This document shows positions 8,614-17,815 of a DNA stretch of 64,000 nucleotides, in pieces (positions within the stretch are counted from its first letter, which is position 1; every line of letters begins with the position of its first letter). The position numbers and the translations under genes are program-made. Source of the DNA: Actinomycetota bacterium (GTDB lineage Bacteria; Actinomycetota; Humimicrobiia; Humimicrobiales; Humimicrobiaceae). The notes under the pieces are model-generated. The model was given only the letters and a program-made list of their open reading frames with translations, was not told the origin of the DNA and ran no database searches. Where the stretch lies: contig JAQVDY010000007.1 of the NCBI GenBank assembly GCA_028698215.1, positions 6,579 through 70,578 of the forward strand. The letters run 5' to 3'.

Positions 8614-9582
8614 ATGGCCAAGTTGTCCAAACAAGATAAACTCAATATGCTTAAAACCCTGCTCACTATCAGGAGGTTTGAAGAAAAGACCATCCAGCTT
8701 TACCAAACTGCCAAGATATGGGGCTACTTGCACCCTTATCTGGGCCAGGAAGCGGTAGCAGTGGGAGCCTGCCAGGCCTTGGACCAGGATGATTATATAG
8801 TGTCTACCCACCGGGGTCACGGCCACTGCATAGCCAAGGGAGGAGACCTAAACAAGATGATGGCGGAGCTGCTGGGAAAGAGTACGGGTTATTGCAAGGG
8901 ACGCGGTGGTTCCATGCATATAGCGGATACCGATTTGGGAATACTGGGAGCCAATGGTATCGTGGGGGGAGGTATACCTATTTCGGTAGGGGCAGGTTTC
9001 AGCTGCAAACTGGAGGGCCGGGCCAGGGTAGCGGTTTGCTTTTTTGGGGACGGGGCTGCCAATAACGGGGTATTCCATGAATCCTTGAATATGGCCTCTA
9101 TATTCAAATTACCGGTTATATACATTTGTGAAAACAATCTTTATGCCATTTCCATGTGTTCCCAGTTTTCAGTAGCCTGCGGGGATGTAGCTAACCGTGC
9201 TGCCTCTTATTCCATACCGGGAAAGGTAGTAGAAGGGGATGACCCGGAGCAGGTATTTGATTCAGTAAAGGAGGCGGTACAGGCAGCCAGGAAAGGCAAG
9301 GGACCCAGCCTGATCGAGGCTAAGACTTACCGGTTTACCGGGCATCATCCCAATGACCCGGCAGAATACAGGGAAAAAGAGGAAGCAGACTATTACAAGC
9401 TAAACAAGGATCCATTAAAGAATTATTCGAATCAATTAATTAAGGAAAAAGTTATAAGCAAAACCGCTTATGAAAACATGAACAGGCAAGTCCTTTCAGC
9501 GGTGGAAGAATCAGTAAAGTTTGCAGAAAGCAGCCCGGAGCCTGACCTGGATACTTTTTTGGAGGAAGTAAAGAATATCTAA
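8614..9582 (+). CDS. TPP-dependent 2-oxoacid/acetoin dehydrogenase E1 component, alpha subunit (AcoA/PdhA-like)
   Basis: 322 aa; HRGHGH, TPP-binding GDGA(x)NNG, FICENNLYAIS motifs. Confidence 0.8.
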   Translation: MAKLSKQDKLNMLKTLLTIRRFEEKTIQLYQTAKIWGYLHPYLGQEAVAVGACQALDQDDYIVSTHRGHGHCIAKGGDLNKMMAELLGKSTGYCKGRGGSMHIADTDLGILGANGIVGGGIPISVGAGFSCKLEGRARVAVCFFGDGAANNGVFHESLNMASIFKLPVIYICENNLYAISMCSQFSVACGDVANRAASYSIPGKVVEGDDPEQVFDSVKEAVQAARKGKGPSLIEAKTYRFTGHHPNDPAEYREKEEADYYKLNKDPLKNYSNQLIKEKVISKTAYENMNRQVLSAVEESVKFAESSPEPDLDTFLEEVKNI

Positions 9583-9616
9583 GGGTATTTGCAGTAAGAG
9601 ACGGGAAAGGAAAGTT

Positions 9617-10588
9617 ATGGCAAAAATTGAATACAGGGAAGCCTTAAGGCAAGCAATAATAGAAGAGATGGACCGGGACAGCAGGGTATTTCTAATAGGG
9701 GAAGACATAGGGGTGTATGGCGGTGCTTTCCGGGTATACAAGGGCCTTCTGGAAAAATATGGCCCGGACAGGGTAATAAATACCCCTATATCAGAAGCTG
9801 CAATCCTGGGTGCAGGCGTGGGGGCCGCCCTTACCGGCTACCGCCCTGTTTCAGAAATAATGTTTATAGATTTTACTACCCTGGCCATGGACCAGATCGT
9901 AAACCAGGCAGCAAAAATCAGGTATATGACCGGCGACTGCCTTAATGTCCCTTTGGTAATAAGGACCCAGGGAGGTGCGGGCAGGGGGGTTGCCGCCCAG
10001 CATTCCCAGAGCCTGGAGGCATGGTTTTACCATGTACCTGGACTAAAGGTGGTAATGCCTGCCACTCCTTATGATGCCAAGGGCTTGCTTAAAGCATCTA
10101 TCCGGGACAATAATCCGGTTATGTTTATAGAGCAGAAAATGATCTATTTAAACCAGGGAGAGGTTCCGGAGGAAGAGTACTTGATAGACCTGGGTAAGGC
10201 AGATATTAAAAGAGAGGGAAAAGATGTTACTATCTTTGCCTATTCGGCCATGGTGTTTGAAGCTTTGGCGGCTGCAAAAGAATTAGAAGAAGAGGGTATA
10301 AGCTGTGAGGTTTTTGACCCCCGGACCCTGGTGCCTTTGGATTTACAGGCTTTAGTGGACTCAGTTAAAAAAACCCATAGGCTGGTAGTGGTAAGTGAAG
10401 CCTGCCAGAGGGGAAGCATTGCTTCCGATGTCTGTGCCCGTGTAGTAGACCAGGCTTTTGACTGGTTGGATGCTCCAGTAAGGGTGGTAGCCGGGCTTAA
10501 TACCCCCATCCCCTATAATTCTGCCTTGGAGCAAGCTTCTATCCCCCATAAGGAAGACATAGCCAGGGCAGTAAGGCAATTGATTTAA
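9617..10588 (+). CDS. Dehydrogenase E1 component, beta subunit (AcoB/PdhB-like)
   Basis: 323 aa; transketolase-like pyrimidine-binding and C-terminal domains (GEDIGVYGGAF, NTPISEA, MVF...EEGISCEVFDPRTL). Confidence 0.85.
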   Translation: MAKIEYREALRQAIIEEMDRDSRVFLIGEDIGVYGGAFRVYKGLLEKYGPDRVINTPISEAAILGAGVGAALTGYRPVSEIMFIDFTTLAMDQIVNQAAKIRYMTGDCLNVPLVIRTQGGAGRGVAAQHSQSLEAWFYHVPGLKVVMPATPYDAKGLLKASIRDNNPVMFIEQKMIYLNQGEVPEEEYLIDLGKADIKREGKDVTIFAYSAMVFEALAAAKELEEEGISCEVFDPRTLVPLDLQALVDSVKKTHRLVVVSEACQRGSIASDVCARVVDQAFDWLDAPVRVVAGLNTPIPYNSALEQASIPHKEDIARAVRQLI

Positions 10589-10606
10589 ATTTTTTATTTA
10601 GGTATG

Positions 10607-10621
10607 ATTACAAATTGTAAT
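10607..10621. promoter_or_regulatory. Perfect 15-bp palindrome ATTACAAATTGTAAT between the E1-beta and transaldolase genes (candidate operator)
   Basis: Read directly; lies in a 58-bp intergenic gap immediately upstream of the GGAGG RBS of the transaldolase gene. Confidence 0.25.
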
Positions 10622-10646
10622 TTTTTAACAATTGGAGGTTTTAAAC

Positions 10647-11843
10647 ATGACAACATATGAAAAATCTGCTATGCAGCGACTGTCCGAGACCTCGGAGGAT
10701 ATGGAACTTTGGTGGGATTCTTCTCCGCTGGTATTTGCAAAATGGGCTGCGGGCGAGCTGGAAAATGCGCCTGCAGATAAAAAAGATCTGGCTGCAGCCA
10801 GGTTAAAGAAACTTTATGATAAAGATAATCCCCAGGATACCCTGTTTGACGGAGTTACCACCAACCCCAGGCTTACCAGAACTGTCCTGGACCTTATTCC
10901 CGAACAGGTTGACCCCATAGTGGATAAAATAATTGAGGAAAACCCGGCTAAATCAAATTATGAGCTGGCCTGGGAAGTATATAAAGCTATTACTGCAGAG
11001 GGCACCAAACTGTTCATGCCCTTATTTGAAAAATCAGGATTTAAAAAAGGTTATGTAAGCGCCCAGGTTGACCCCAGGCTGGTTACCGATGTACGGGAGA
11101 TGCTAAGGCAGGCTTTGGTTCTTAAAAAGATATCCCCCAATATCATGGTTAAATGCCCCGGATCCAAAGAGGGCATTTACGTGATAGAGATTTTAAGCTC
11201 GCTGGGAATACCTACCAATGCTACCCTTGTATTTGATGTTCCCCAGGTGGTACAGGTAGCTGAAGCAGTAAAAAGAGGTTACCAGAGAGGACAAGAATGG
11301 GGTGTTGACTATAGCCAGTGGAGGTCAGTTATAACTATCATGATAGGCAGGTTTGAAGCCAGGGAAGCCTATACTGAAAGCGCCAGGAAAGCAGGTATTG
11401 AGCTTACTGAAGAACTGCAGAGATGGAGCGGCGTAGCTATTGCCAAGAAAGCTCACCAGATATTAAATGATCCGGCCAGGGGATACTACAGCAAGCTTCT
11501 GCTTTGCTCTTCCAGGGTGGGGCCCAAGCCTGATGAAGTTATACATATCGAAAAGGTAGCCGGCGGCAATATGGTTTATACCATCAACCCGGAAATGGTT
11601 AGTGACTTTATGAGGATATGCGACCAGAAAGAGCTGACTTGCCAGATGGATGATCCGGTACCAGAAGAAATAATGAGTAAATTACTCCAAGTACCATATT
11701 TTGTAGCAGGCTATGAGGAAGACGGAATAGCAATGGAAGACTTCATCGATCAAGCTGCTTTCCAGTATACCGCGAAGGAATTTGCAGGCTCTATGCAGGA
11801 AATAGAGGAATATGTGCAAAAAAGAAAAGACGCTTTAAAGTAA
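10647..11843 (+). CDS. Transaldolase-family protein (long form)
   Basis: Start set at ATG 10647, 8 nt after GGAGG; the track TTG at 10632 overlaps the RBS. GVTTNPRL and VKCPGSKEG....NATLVF correspond to transaldolase TTNPSL and Schiff-base Lys motifs. Confidence 0.75.
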   Translation: MTTYEKSAMQRLSETSEDMELWWDSSPLVFAKWAAGELENAPADKKDLAAARLKKLYDKDNPQDTLFDGVTTNPRLTRTVLDLIPEQVDPIVDKIIEENPAKSNYELAWEVYKAITAEGTKLFMPLFEKSGFKKGYVSAQVDPRLVTDVREMLRQALVLKKISPNIMVKCPGSKEGIYVIEILSSLGIPTNATLVFDVPQVVQVAEAVKRGYQRGQEWGVDYSQWRSVITIMIGRFEAREAYTESARKAGIELTEELQRWSGVAIAKKAHQILNDPARGYYSKLLLCSSRVGPKPDEVIHIEKVAGGNMVYTINPEMVSDFMRICDQKELTCQMDDPVPEEIMSKLLQVPYFVAGYEEDGIAMEDFIDQAAFQYTAKEFAGSMQEIEEYVQKRKDALK

Positions 11844-11860
11844 AGTCTTAAAAAAGCAAT

Positions 11861-11900
11861 AAGGCCATGCTAATTAGATAAGCATGGCCTTATTTTTTTC
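11861..11900 (+). terminator. Rho-independent terminator after the transaldolase gene
   Basis: AAGGCCATGCT-(9-nt loop)-AGCATGGCCTT followed by ATTTTTTTC. Confidence 0.7.
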
Positions 11901-12011
11901 CTGCCCTAGCCTTAGCTGCCTCTAGCCCCTTTTAAATTATTGGAAACTGTATTAATCTTTAATAATACTTATGCTATTAATTTTTATTATAATACTATCT
12001 TAGGGGTATTT

Positions 12012-13484
12012 ATGAGCGGTAATAATTATTTGGTTTTTGATTTCGGGGCCAGTAATGGAAGGGCTGCAGTATTTGATTATGACGGCAGGAAATTTGAAAT
12101 GGAAGTCACTCACCGTTTTGATAACCGCCCCGTATTTGCTGCCGGTACCATGTACTGGGACATACTGAGCCTTTATGAAGAGCTAAAGGCAGGAATACAG
12201 AAATCAGCATCCAGATATAATAATATAAAATCCATGGGCCTGGATGCCTGGGGAGCCGATTTTGGATTTTTGGATAAAAACGGAAAACTGGTATCTAATC
12301 CAGTGCATTACCGGGACCAGCAGAGGAATCAAGACAGCAGCAAATTGCTTAAGCTAATTGACGCCTTTCATCTCTTTGAATTAGCAGGGTCAGAAGTCAG
12401 CCCCATCTTTGACCTGTTCCAGCTCTTTTCCTTTAGCTTAAACCAGTCACCCGAAATTGAGTGCGGCCGGGTGTATTTAACCATTCCTGATATTTTTAAT
12501 TATTTTCTAACCGGCAAAACTTGCAATGAATGGACCAGGATTACCACTACTATCATGTACAATCAGGTAGAAAAAAAATGGGAAAACAAAATATTGGAGG
12601 CAGTAGGGCTGCCTGCGGACCGGTTTGCCCCCATCATTAAGCCGGGACAAAAGATTGGTAAAATTTCTGGCTCAGTCAGCAGCCTGTTAGGGATAAAGCC
12701 TATTGAAGTAGTGGCCCCGGTTACCCACGATACCCCGTCTGCCGTAGCAGGAATTCCGGTGGACAGTAACCAGGAATGGGCTTTCTTAAGCCTGGGAACC
12801 TGGGCTATTCTAGGTAAGGAAACCTCTCAGCCCATTATAAGCAGGGAAGTCTTTGAGTCAGGATATTCCAATGAAGGAGGGGCTGAAGACAGTAACCTGT
12901 TTATCAAGAATATTACCGGTTTGTGGATTATACAGCAGTGCAGGGAAAAGTGGAACCAGGATGCAGGGCAGAAGATTGCCTGGGACAGCATTATGGAAAT
13001 GGCCCAGCAAAGTGAAGCTTTTGCCGGGTTTATAGATGTGGAAAATCCTGTCTTTGACCAGATTACTTCAGATATGCCCCAGGTGGTAAGGGATCATTGC
13101 CAGGGCTGCCAGCCGGAAAGCATTGGCCAGGTTGCCAGGCTGTTTTATGAAGGGCTGGTCTTAAAGTTTAAGTATGAGGTGTCTGCTTTGGAAAAACTGG
13201 GCGGTAAAAAACTGCAATTGCTTCATTTGATAGGAGGGGGCACCAAGGACCGCCTGCTTTGCCAGTGGACTGCTGATGCCACCGGGATTCCGGTAATAGC
13301 AGGGCCTACGGAAACCACTTCCGTGGGCAATTTTTTAATGCAGCTTAAAGCAGCAGGAGAAATATCCAGCCTTAAGCAGGGGAGGGAAATATCCAGAAAT
13401 TCTTCCCAGATTGTAAATTATTATCCCCAGGACACCGATATCTGGGATCAAGCATATCAAAAATATTTACACATATTTGGCTGA
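12012..13484 (+). CDS. FGGY-family carbohydrate kinase (rhamnulokinase/fuculokinase-like)
   Basis: Start placed at ATG 12012 (MSGNNYLVFDFGASNGRAAVF, as in RhaB N-termini). FGGY N and C domain motifs (DFGASNGR, GGGTKD). Upstream 24 codons of the track ORF lie in an AT-rich promoter region. Confidence 0.75.
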   Translation: MSGNNYLVFDFGASNGRAAVFDYDGRKFEMEVTHRFDNRPVFAAGTMYWDILSLYEELKAGIQKSASRYNNIKSMGLDAWGADFGFLDKNGKLVSNPVHYRDQQRNQDSSKLLKLIDAFHLFELAGSEVSPIFDLFQLFSFSLNQSPEIECGRVYLTIPDIFNYFLTGKTCNEWTRITTTIMYNQVEKKWENKILEAVGLPADRFAPIIKPGQKIGKISGSVSSLLGIKPIEVVAPVTHDTPSAVAGIPVDSNQEWAFLSLGTWAILGKETSQPIISREVFESGYSNEGGAEDSNLFIKNITGLWIIQQCREKWNQDAGQKIAWDSIMEMAQQSEAFAGFIDVENPVFDQITSDMPQVVRDHCQGCQPESIGQVARLFYEGLVLKFKYEVSALEKLGGKKLQLLHLIGGGTKDRLLCQWTADATGIPVIAGPTETTSVGNFLMQLKAAGEISSLKQGREISRNSSQIVNYYPQDTDIWDQAYQKYLHIFG

Positions 13485-13596
13485 TATGTTTTGGTTATGC
13501 TGCTGACCCAAAGGTTAAAATTTGGGGTACTGCAAAACAGTGCCTGCCAACTGGTAATATCAGTATTGCATTTTGCTGCATTATTGAAAATCAATT

Positions 13597-13624
13597 TTGC
13601 CTAAACTGCTTATTTTGTTACAAT
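13597..13624 (+). promoter_or_regulatory. Sigma-70-like promoter upstream of surE (TTGCCT-16 nt-TACAAT)
   Basis: -35/-10 hexamers with a 16-nt spacer, about 28 nt upstream of the surE start. Confidence 0.4.
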
Positions 13625-13651
13625 TAGGAAATTAAATTGAGGCCTAAAAAT

Positions 13652-14428
13652 ATGGATAAAAAAACTCTATTGTTAACCAATGATGACGGGATAGAAGCTG
13701 AAGGCCTATACCGTCTATACCAGGAATTTTGCCGGGATAAGCGGTTTGAAGTGGTGGTTATTGCTCCTGATAAGGAAAGGAGTGCAGTGGGCCACGCCAT
13801 TACCGTATTTAATCCCATACCAGTATGGGAAGAAACAAGGGACGGTAAATTTTTTGGCTATGCCGTGGATGGGACTCCGGCCGATTGTGTAAAATTAGCA
13901 GTAAAAGCAATATTGGACCGCAAGCCGGACCTGGTGATATCGGGCATAAACAAGGGATCCAACATGGGGGAAAACGTAATATATTCAGGCACGGTATCTG
14001 CGGCGACGGAAGGAACGGTTTATGACATACCTTCCCTGGCTATATCAGTGGATAACCTTAAAAACCCCAGCTATGATTTTGCTGCCAGGTTTGCCAGGAA
14101 GATGGCTAATTTGATAATGGACAAAGGTGGCCTTCCCCCCAAGGTTCTTTTAAACATAAATTTACCCGACCTGCCAGAACATCAGATCAAGGGGGTAAAA
14201 GTTACCTGCCAGAGCACGGCCAAGTTCAATGACTACTTTATAAAGAGGGTTGACCCCCGGGGAAGGGATTACTACTGGATGGATGGAGAGTTTGTAGAAG
14301 TATGCAAAAATGAAAGCGATGACTATAATGCGGTAAAAAATGGATATATCTCTATTACTCCGGTACACTATGACATGACCGATTACGGGCGGATAGATTA
14401 TTTTAAAAAATGGAACATAGATAAATAA
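13652..14428 (+). CDS. surE: 5'/3'-nucleotidase SurE
   Basis: Start at ATG 13652 (GAGG RBS); LLTNDDGI, GINKGSN, SGTVSAA motifs. Confidence 0.85.
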   Translation: MDKKTLLLTNDDGIEAEGLYRLYQEFCRDKRFEVVVIAPDKERSAVGHAITVFNPIPVWEETRDGKFFGYAVDGTPADCVKLAVKAILDRKPDLVISGINKGSNMGENVIYSGTVSAATEGTVYDIPSLAISVDNLKNPSYDFAARFARKMANLIMDKGGLPPKVLLNINLPDLPEHQIKGVKVTCQSTAKFNDYFIKRVDPRGRDYYWMDGEFVEVCKNESDDYNAVKNGYISITPVHYDMTDYGRIDYFKKWNIDK

Positions 14429-14429
14429 A

Positions 14430-15458
14430 ATGGATAATAGAAAAAATGAATTTATAGGCGACCTCAAGGCAGGCCATCATATAGAGTCTGTTTTTGCGGT
14501 AAGCAAAAAAGCAGTAAAACAGAAAAAAAATAATGAAGAATACTGCCTGCTGACCCTTCAGGATAAACAGGGTGAAATACAGTCGGTCATGTGGACCGAA
14601 GCTTTTATGGCTGCACCTTCCTTTGGAGAGGGGGACCTGGTAGCAGTTAGGGGAATGGTAACAGATTACCGGGGCAGCAATCAACTGACCATAGATAAAC
14701 TGGACAAAATTAAAAAAAGTAAGGACATAGACTATGCTGACTATATTAAATCCACCCAGAAAGATATTGGCCAGATGTGGGCAGAGTTAAAATCAAAGGT
14801 GGAGGAAGTTAAAAATCCTTATCTCAGGAAGCTATTGGATTTATTTTTTCAAGATAAACAGTTTGAGCAGGATTTCTGCCATGGAACAGCTGCGGTACAA
14901 TACCATCACGCCTACCTGGGAGGCCTTCTGGAGCATACCCTGTATGTTTGCCGGGGATGCGCCCTGATAGCTGAGACTTATCCCAATATAAACCGTGACC
15001 TGCTTATAGCGGGGGCCCTGCTGCACGATGTTGGTAAAATCAAGGAATATGAAGTAGGGCTTATTATCAAGTTTACCGACCAGGGTAAGCTGCTGGGACA
15101 CATTGCTATCGGTTACAGCTGGGTGCTGGAAAAAATTAATTTAATCCAAGGCTTTCCCCCTGATCTTAAAGACAGGATTCTCCATATTATCCTTTCCCAC
15201 CATGGCTACAAGGAATACGGTTCCCCCAAAAGACCCAAAATACTGGAGGCGCTGGTGGTTCACCACGTTGATTATATGGATGCAGAGATTGCAGCTTTTA
15301 ATGAACTGCTTAGTGACCAAAACCAAGACGGTGACTGGTCTCCCTTTTTAAAAAATTTGGACCGGTCGGTGCTGTTAAGAAAACTTGACGAATCCAGCTG
15401 CAACCCCAGCCTGGACCCTGACAGCAATAACGGCACATCACAGGAAGGCCTGTTTTAA
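14430..15458 (+). CDS. yhaM: YhaM-like 3'-5' exoribonuclease (N-terminal OB-fold plus HD domain)
   Basis: 342 aa; OB-fold N-terminus (LVAVRGMVTDYRGSNQLTI) followed by an HD domain (HHAYLGGLLEHT....LLHDVGK, LSHHG). Confidence 0.65.
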   Translation: MDNRKNEFIGDLKAGHHIESVFAVSKKAVKQKKNNEEYCLLTLQDKQGEIQSVMWTEAFMAAPSFGEGDLVAVRGMVTDYRGSNQLTIDKLDKIKKSKDIDYADYIKSTQKDIGQMWAELKSKVEEVKNPYLRKLLDLFFQDKQFEQDFCHGTAAVQYHHAYLGGLLEHTLYVCRGCALIAETYPNINRDLLIAGALLHDVGKIKEYEVGLIIKFTDQGKLLGHIAIGYSWVLEKINLIQGFPPDLKDRILHIILSHHGYKEYGSPKRPKILEALVVHHVDYMDAEIAAFNELLSDQNQDGDWSPFLKNLDRSVLLRKLDESSCNPSLDPDSNNGTSQEGLF

Positions 15459-16831
15459 GACCGGTCTAAAGTAAGTACTGCTTTGGCACAGATCTTGTTT
15501 ACCGGATCCCATACCGTAGACACTTTAGGAGCATAGGAAAGATCAAGCATATACACCTCATCAGCGGTCATCTCTGCAGTGATGGCGGTTGCAAACACAT
15601 CTATTCTTTTGCTGACTTCCTTTTTGCCTGCCATCTGGGCCCCCAATACTCTCCTGCCCCCGCGGTCCACTATAAGGGCAATGGTTATGGGTTCGGCTCC
15701 AGGCAGGGCTTTAACATGGGATGGATAAATTCCAGTAACCTTAACTGCATCATAACCTAAAGATAAGGCTTCCTGCAGCCCTATGCCGGTTTTAGCAATT
15801 TCTATTCCAAAAATTTTATCTATCTTGGTGTTTACTGAACCATTAAAAGATGAATCTGCCCCGGCTGCATTGGCTCCTGCTATCCTGCCGGTTTTAGCAG
15901 CATTATTGGCAGTGGGGATATAGTCATCCTTCCCGGTAACTATGTTTTTTACCGTAGCGCAGTCGCCGGCGGCAAATATATTTAAATGTGACGACTGCAG
16001 CTTGGAGTTTACTTTTATAGCCTTTGCGGGCCCCAGTTCAACTGAAGTATTTTCCAAGAAGCTGGTATTGGGCTTAACCCCTACTGACACAAGAGCCATA
16101 TCCATAGGCAGGTTTACCATTTGCTGATCCTGAAGGACTGCAGCTTCCACAGCGCCGGCACCTCCCTTGCCTTTAAAACTGGTTAACCGGGAGGAAAGAA
16201 AAACCTGTATGTGGTTCTGGTCTAGCAGCTGGGACATTATGTCTGTAATTTCCGGCTCATATTCTCCCAGTATCCTGTCAGCCATCTCTATAATGGTTAC
16301 CCCTATTCCCAGGGAATGGAAAGTTTCTGCCATAAGCAGGCCTATGGACCCTGCCCCCACTATCAATGCTTTACGGGGGTGGTTCTGTTGGATAAAGGTC
16401 TTTACGTTAACCGTATCGGTAACGTTCCAAAAAGAGAAAACATTGCCTGAATTGGACCCAGGCAAATCAATGCTTGCCGGGGAAGCTCCAGTGCATATGA
16501 TAAGGCGGTCGTAACCAATAGCCTGTTTTTGGTTTACCATTACCTGTTTTTGGGCAGTATCCAATGTGGTCACCTTATGCTCCAGCAGTATCCTTATGTC
16601 TCTTTTTTGTTCAAAAAACTGGGGTGTATAAACAAATATCTGGTCAAAATCCTTGATTTCTCCGGTGACATAATAAGGGAGCCCGCAGGAACCGTAGGAA
16701 ATATAGGGGCCTGCCTCCAATACAGTAACTTTAGCTTCGGGGTAAACCCTCTTAGCCTGGCTGGCAGCAGCCAGTCCAGCCACATTACCCCCAATTACCA
16801 CAATATTTTTATATAGTTCTTTTTTATACAT
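15455..16831 (-). CDS. FAD-dependent pyridine nucleotide-disulfide oxidoreductase (NADH oxidase / CoA-disulfide reductase family)
   Basis: 458 aa; N-terminal GGNVAGLAAA FAD fold, redox Cys in SYGSCGLPYY, second Rossmann fold GAGSIGLLMAE, C-terminal dimerisation domain. Confidence 0.8.
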   Translation of the reverse strand: MYKKELYKNIVVIGGNVAGLAAASQAKRVYPEAKVTVLEAGPYISYGSCGLPYYVTGEIKDFDQIFVYTPQFFEQKRDIRILLEHKVTTLDTAQKQVMVNQKQAIGYDRLIICTGASPASIDLPGSNSGNVFSFWNVTDTVNVKTFIQQNHPRKALIVGAGSIGLLMAETFHSLGIGVTIIEMADRILGEYEPEITDIMSQLLDQNHIQVFLSSRLTSFKGKGGAGAVEAAVLQDQQMVNLPMDMALVSVGVKPNTSFLENTSVELGPAKAIKVNSKLQSSHLNIFAAGDCATVKNIVTGKDDYIPTANNAAKTGRIAGANAAGADSSFNGSVNTKIDKIFGIEIAKTGIGLQEALSLGYDAVKVTGIYPSHVKALPGAEPITIALIVDRGGRRVLGAQMAGKKEVSKRIDVFATAITAEMTADEVYMLDLSYAPKVSTVWDPVNKICAKAVLTLDRS

Positions 16832-16956
16832 AATTTTCCTTTGCCCATTTTTTATATATTCTACTAATGCTAATATATTATTACAAACTTTTTAAAACCG
16901 GTTATTTTTACTATAATTATACAATTGTTTTTAGGTAAATAAAGAAAGGAATCCGG

Positions 16957-17781
16957 ATGGAAGAAGATATTAAGAAAAAATTGCAGCAGGCGGCCAAAGC
17001 CATACGAATCAATATCATAGATATGCTCTGCCAGGCTGGCTCCGGCCATCCCGGGGGAGCATTGTCCATGTCTGATGTATTTGCTTATCTTTATTTTAGC
17101 GGAGTATTAAACATCGATCCGGCCCAGCCCCGCAAAAAAGACAGGGACCGGGTAGTGCTATCCAAGGGGCATGCCTGCCCAGTACTTTATTCCACCCTGG
17201 CTGAAAAGGGCTATTTTGATAAGTCTCACCTGGGGACACTGCGAAAATTTGGCAGCATACTCCAAGGCCATCCTGACATGAATAAAACTCCCGGGGTTGA
17301 TATGAGTACCGGCTCGCTGGGTCAGGGCCTGTCCTGTGCGGTGGGCATGGCTTTAGGGGCTAAGCTGGACCAGCAGAATTTAAGGGTATTTGCCATAGTG
17401 GGCGACGGTGAATGCGAAGAAGGCCAGATTTGGGAAGCAGCCATGGCGGCAGCCCATTACCGGCTGGATAACCTTACAGTGGTAGTGGATAAAAATGGCC
17501 TGCAGATTGATGGTTTTACCAAGGACATAATGAGCAGCGAGCCTTTGGCAGAAAAGTGGAGGGCTTTTGGCTGGGAGACATTAGAAATAGATGGACATGA
17601 TTTTGACCAAATCGATATGGCGGTCAAAAAGGCGCAAAATACAAAGGGCAGGCCAACTGTTTTAGTGGCTACCACTGTAAAGGGCAAGGGAGTGGATTTT
17701 ATGGAAGGTATCTGTGACTGGCACGGCCAAGCTCCCACACCAGAGCAAAAAGAGAAAGCAATAGAATGTTTGAACCAATAA
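16957..17781 (+). CDS. Transketolase N-terminal subunit (second copy)
   Basis: 274 aa; same motifs as the 5387 gene (GHPGG, GSLGQGL, VGDGECEEGQIWEA). Confidence 0.85.
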   Translation: MEEDIKKKLQQAAKAIRINIIDMLCQAGSGHPGGALSMSDVFAYLYFSGVLNIDPAQPRKKDRDRVVLSKGHACPVLYSTLAEKGYFDKSHLGTLRKFGSILQGHPDMNKTPGVDMSTGSLGQGLSCAVGMALGAKLDQQNLRVFAIVGDGECEEGQIWEAAMAAAHYRLDNLTVVVDKNGLQIDGFTKDIMSSEPLAEKWRAFGWETLEIDGHDFDQIDMAVKKAQNTKGRPTVLVATTVKGKGVDFMEGICDWHGQAPTPEQKEKAIECLNQ

Positions 17782-17815
17782 TAAATATATTAAACTTAAA
17801 TTTTAAGGAGTGGGC

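Noticed and set aside
17810-17815. GTG starts at 17810 (tktC-2) and 42222 (cupin) as given by the ORF track
   Set aside because: Both GTG codons sit inside or immediately after the Shine-Dalgarno sequence. The ATG 6 nt downstream (17816, 42228) has correct spacing.
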